A stretch of DNA of 43,981 nucleotides from an uncultured Elusimicrobia bacterium (lineage in GTDB: Bacteria > Elusimicrobiota > Elusimicrobia > 2-01-FULL-59-12): NCBI GenBank assembly GCA_964506645.1, contig CAZDML010000004.1:1-43981 (forward strand), written 5' to 3'. The position numbers and the translations under genes are program-made. Below, piece after piece: positions 40,795 through 43,981 of this stretch. The notes beneath the pieces are model-generated. The model ran no database searches. It was not told the origin of the DNA and worked only from the letters and a program-made list of their open reading frames with translations. Position 1 is the first letter of the stretch. The number at the start of each line of letters is the position of its first letter.

Positions 40795-42867
40795 TTATTT
40801 GATAATGACGAATTTCCCACGGTTTTGGTGTCCGGAAGGGTCAGTGACTACATATAGGTAGAGACCTGAGGCGACTTTGTCTCCTTTTTCATTGGTCATA
40901 TCCCACTGTGCAGAGGTGTTAGAAGTCGTTAGCGTTCGGACATGATGTCCGGATACAGTGAAAATCTTTAGGGTGCAGCCCGCGGTAATTTGATCAATGG
41001 TCAGTGGAAGTCCGGCGTGGCGGTCACTCCGCCAGGGGTTGGGATAAATGCGCGGGTTAGGTGTAGATGCAAGCTGTGCCGAACTCTCGGACGGAGGTGC
41101 TGTGGCCGTTATGCAAACACGCGTGGAGTCCCGCTGACTGTGCGCATCGTAGGGGATCGACACATCTTGGGTATTGTTCCAAAAGTACAACTTTTGAATG
41201 GTGGTCGTAACAGGGTCTTGGTTGAGAGCCGGACCAAATTGATAGCACGGATAAAACGCATCCTGATCATTAAAGTGGGGGTAGCCAATGTATTTTCGAT
41301 CGGGCTCGGTGGGAAACAGATGCAGCGTATTGCTGGCCACGTGCATGTCATAAATTCCCATGCCGCGATAATCATTGGGAGCGAAGGCTTCGACGTCATT
41401 TTGAACCGAGGTCAGTCGGATGCCCTGCGTGTTCCAGAGAGTATTGTTTGTGACGCGTATTTGAAGGGCCACATCGTGAGCCCGCCGTGATTCGGGGCTG
41501 ATCCAAGTGGAGAGGCCATCTCGCACATTGTCTCCAACGCGCACTTGAATAGAACGAGAATCGTAGAGCGTATTACGGTCAATCGTGCAGTTCACGCCTC
41601 CGCTATAAATCGTAATGCCGATGGGGTTATCGATCAGCGTATTGCCGCGAAGGGTAATGTCTTTGGCATCCCAACGGCGAATAACAAACAAGCTTCCAAC
41701 CTCAGGAATACTATCCCAAGGACGATCCACCGTTATTGTTTTATTGGAGGTATTTAGGTTGGAAATATATCGCCAGCTTCCCATGGCCCGGCCGGAGGTA
41801 ATGATGACCACATGTCCAGTATAAGCCGCCAAGCGCGTGGAGGTGTCGGGGCCCCACAGAGCGCTGGAATCGCTTAAGCTCGTAGCCGTGACGGCTGAAA
41901 TCGTTCCTTGATCGGTAAAATCCTGGATATTGGAATGCTGGGTCATAATCGCTTCGCCGTCGCCTCCTTGTTCCTTGGGTGTATGGATGGACCGGAATGT
42001 GTTATCGAGGAGTTGAATTTGAGAGCCAAAACTGAGCTCTATCCCGCCGCTTTCTATGGCTTCAAGTTCCGGGTGTCCATCGGCCGTTGAGCCGGCGTAT
42101 TTGCCGAGAGAGTCGCGTGTGAACGTGTTTCCTTGGATCAATGCATTTTGGTTCAGCTGCATTTGAACACGTCCGAAGTTGTACGTCACGGTGTTGTTCA
42201 AGAATGACACGTTCGTATTGTCGATGATATAGATGGGGCCAAAAACGGTCGACGTCGAATCCATCGTGGAGTTTTGCACGAGCAGCAGGTCGGCATTACC
42301 GATCCAAACACTTCGTCCATTGCTCAGATGAATATCCAGATTGTTGAGGAAAATTTTGCTGTGCGGATTGGAGCCCCAGCTCCAGAGCGTCGCCACGGGT
42401 TGCGTGGAATTTGTCATTGAGAAGAGCCCTAGATCCGTCAGGCCGATGACGCTGCTGTCGCGGAGGGAGAGGCCGGACCAATGCATGGAGTTGTTGTCTT
42501 CTTGGAGGGGAGTCGGATTGTAGAACCGAACGCGTGAGGTCTGCGCACTGTCTCCTCGAAGAAGGACTCTCGGGAAGAGCTCAATGGGCGCACCCGAAGG
42601 CGTCACGATTTTGTAATCTCCCGCAGGGAGATAGACGGTCCCTCCTCCGTCGCTCCAGGCTTTATGGATCGCCGCGCGCAGTGCGGCGGCATCATCCGTG
42701 ATTCCGTCGCCGGCGGCGTTGTAGGGGGGAGACTTGATATTGATTTCATGTGCGGCGATGGTGTTAAAGTCGTTCGCCCAAGGGACGCCCAAAACGGACG
42801 GATCCCATGTCGCATAAAGAGGCGGTACGACAACGAGTAACCCAGCGATAAGAAGGAGGTGTTTCAT
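40795..42867 (-). CDS. Secreted right-handed beta-helix protein (Pectate_lyase_3/GH28-related) with T9SS/FlgD-like C-terminal domain
   Basis: Signal MKHLLLIAGLLVVVPPLYA; YNAAGDGITDDAAALRAAI..GGGTVYLPAGDY; Asn-rich beta-helix repeats; CTD IYPNP..KIFTVSG..VRTL..WD..N..G..VASGLYLY..GKFVIIK. Confidence 0.88.
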   Translation of the reverse strand: MKHLLLIAGLLVVVPPLYATWDPSVLGVPWANDFNTIAAHEINIKSPPYNAAGDGITDDAAALRAAIHKAWSDGGGTVYLPAGDYKIVTPSGAPIELFPRVLLRGDSAQTSRVRFYNPTPLQEDNNSMHWSGLSLRDSSVIGLTDLGLFSMTNSTQPVATLWSWGSNPHSKIFLNNLDIHLSNGRSVWIGNADLLLVQNSTMDSTSTVFGPIYIIDNTNVSFLNNTVTYNFGRVQMQLNQNALIQGNTFTRDSLGKYAGSTADGHPELEAIESGGIELSFGSQIQLLDNTFRSIHTPKEQGGDGEAIMTQHSNIQDFTDQGTISAVTATSLSDSSALWGPDTSTRLAAYTGHVVIITSGRAMGSWRYISNLNTSNKTITVDRPWDSIPEVGSLFVIRRWDAKDITLRGNTLIDNPIGITIYSGGVNCTIDRNTLYDSRSIQVRVGDNVRDGLSTWISPESRRAHDVALQIRVTNNTLWNTQGIRLTSVQNDVEAFAPNDYRGMGIYDMHVASNTLHLFPTEPDRKYIGYPHFNDQDAFYPCYQFGPALNQDPVTTTIQKLYFWNNTQDVSIPYDAHSQRDSTRVCITATAPPSESSAQLASTPNPRIYPNPWRSDRHAGLPLTIDQITAGCTLKIFTVSGHHVRTLTTSNTSAQWDMTNEKGDKVASGLYLYVVTDPSGHQNRGKFVIIK

Positions 42868-43350
42868 TTAATAATGACGAATTTGCCTCGTGCTTTATTG
42901 CCCTGCGGATCCGTCACCTGATACAGATAAAGTCCTGACGCTGCTTTGTCACCGCTATCGGTTGTCAGGTCCCAGGTGATCGACCCGCCCGCCGCCGCCT
43001 TTGCTCATAAAGTCATTGACCGCCGCCAGATACCCCGGCAGCAAGGGACTGTTGGGATAGGGAAGTTCCGTAATAATAATGACGTTGTATTTGGAGAGCC
43101 GCGCTGCGGTCACTTCGCTATAGGTATTGGTGTAATCCACTTCAAATCCCGCCGCATGCCAGGCGCGGATCAGTTCAAAACTCCCGGTGAAATAGTTATT
43201 GGAGATGAAAAGGACAGCCGGATTGGCTGCCTGTAGGGGAGGGGGACGAAGCGAGAAAGCCAATAACAAGAGGAATGGAAATAAAAAATGTCGAAAAAGC
43301 CAGTGAGAAACAGCCTCCTGGTCGCAAGGTTCTCGGTAATATCTTAACAC
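42864..43350 (-). pseudogene. Internally deleted secreted CTD-bearing protein gene
   Basis: N-terminal signal plus start of a GATase-like domain (..FMSKGGG) is joined out of frame at a GGC run (42984-42999) to 41 codons GGSITWDLTTDSGDKAASGLYLYQVTDPQGNKARGKFVIIK*. Its stop overlaps the next ATG (ATGA). Confidence 0.8.
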
Positions 43351-43477
43351 GCGTTAAGTTTAGCGGGAATTCAACGTTAAACAAGGCACATTTTGAGTAA
43401 TGAATTTATTGGGTAGGGAGGCCCAGAAATATAAATGGCCTATTAAAAACGAATCTATTTTTAGGCGTGATCTTTCG

Positions 43478-43981
43478 CTATATCAACTCTACAGAGCTGT
43501 CAGGAACCCAGCCTTTCAAGCCTTCGGAAGGGATGCCGATTTCCAACCATCCTTGGATGGGTTCCTGTTCGTCGAGGACCAGCACGCGGCGCCCTTCGGG
43601 AATGGTGAAGTTAGCCGTGTAGCTCATGGTGGGACCACTGCGGACTTCGGCGGTGGGAATAATGACAACGGCTTCGCGTTTCGTAGCCAAGTTCACCCGG
43701 AATCCTAGCCATGCCGTGAGGACGAGCCAGAGGACGACAATTCCCAGGGTGAGTTCCGCGCCCGGCTGATACCGGCCCAGCATCCGCAACGTTCCCCCCG
43801 CGCAGAGTCCGATAAAGAAGAGGCTGGCTAAAATCGTCAGGGTGTTAAAGGAAAGACTAAAAAAGAGCCGCCAGAGAAGCCGCGCCAGCGCACCGTTGGG
43901 TAAAAGCGGATCTCCGGCTTTGGTCAGTGCGAAATGAAGATTGAAGATGACATCGCCCTGACTCGAATTTAAGCGAAAGGC
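43478..43981 (-). CDS. BatE-like TPR/TM/SH3b protein, 5' end outside the window
   Basis: Frame is open from 43981: AFRLNSSQGDVIFNLHFA (end of TPR), two TMs, EVRSGP..FTIPEG..V..L..GWLEI..GLKGWVP (SH3b). Confidence 0.8.
   Translation of the reverse strand, partial: AFRLNSSQGDVIFNLHFALTKAGDPLLPNGALARLLWRLFFSLSFNTLTILASLFFIGLCAGGTLRMLGRYQPGAELTLGIVVLWLVLTAWLGFRVNLATKREAVVIIPTAEVRSGPTMSYTANFTIPEGRRVLVLDEQEPIQGWLEIGIPSEGLKGWVPDSSVELI

Overview
A 44-kb bacterial chromosomal window with no phage, IS or CRISPR element. It is probably Elusimicrobiota or a similar lineage, inferred from T9SS/FlgD-like C-terminal domains ending in ASGLYLY..GKFVIIK, a BatE-like gene and giant mosaic ORFs. Housekeeping blocks are exbD-tonB, rlmD, a GT2 plus two GT-C glycosyltransferases, tRNA-Glu(CTC), a SAM-I riboswitch-controlled thrC-like/MoaD-like/NIL operon, tmk-holB-metG-tatD-3D-domain and a brnT-brnA toxin-antitoxin pair. 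The best candidate for an undescribed system is a family of mosaic 'polyprotein-like' ORFs of 1666, 649 and 3226 aa. They share an in-register N-terminal leader (F6, R8, A11, V13, L14, [DE]PA21-23), a second [FT]xx[QE]A[LF] motif and C-terminal Ala-Ala ends. The two large ones string together cytoplasmic-type enzyme and signalling domains (receiver, RNAP alpha-CTD-like repeats, NagB, DUF218, CheR-like and other methyltransferases, HAD, UPF0489). The strings are punctuated by internal signal-peptide-like segments, mostly with Gln at +1. A fourth ORF combines a TIKI/TraB/ChaN-like domain with two more internal signal peptides. Non-coding finds are a 6S-like RNA rod, a ~60-nt insertion in the SAM-I aptamer, three heptamer-built inverted-repeat elements (one apparently supplies a lipoprotein signal peptide), a 19-aa Lys/Arg-rich sORF with its own promoter, RBS and terminator, a bidirectional promoter sharing one palindromic -35, several apparently leaderless genes, and a secreted-protein gene with its middle deleted. 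All domain calls are by-eye motif recognition; no searches were run.
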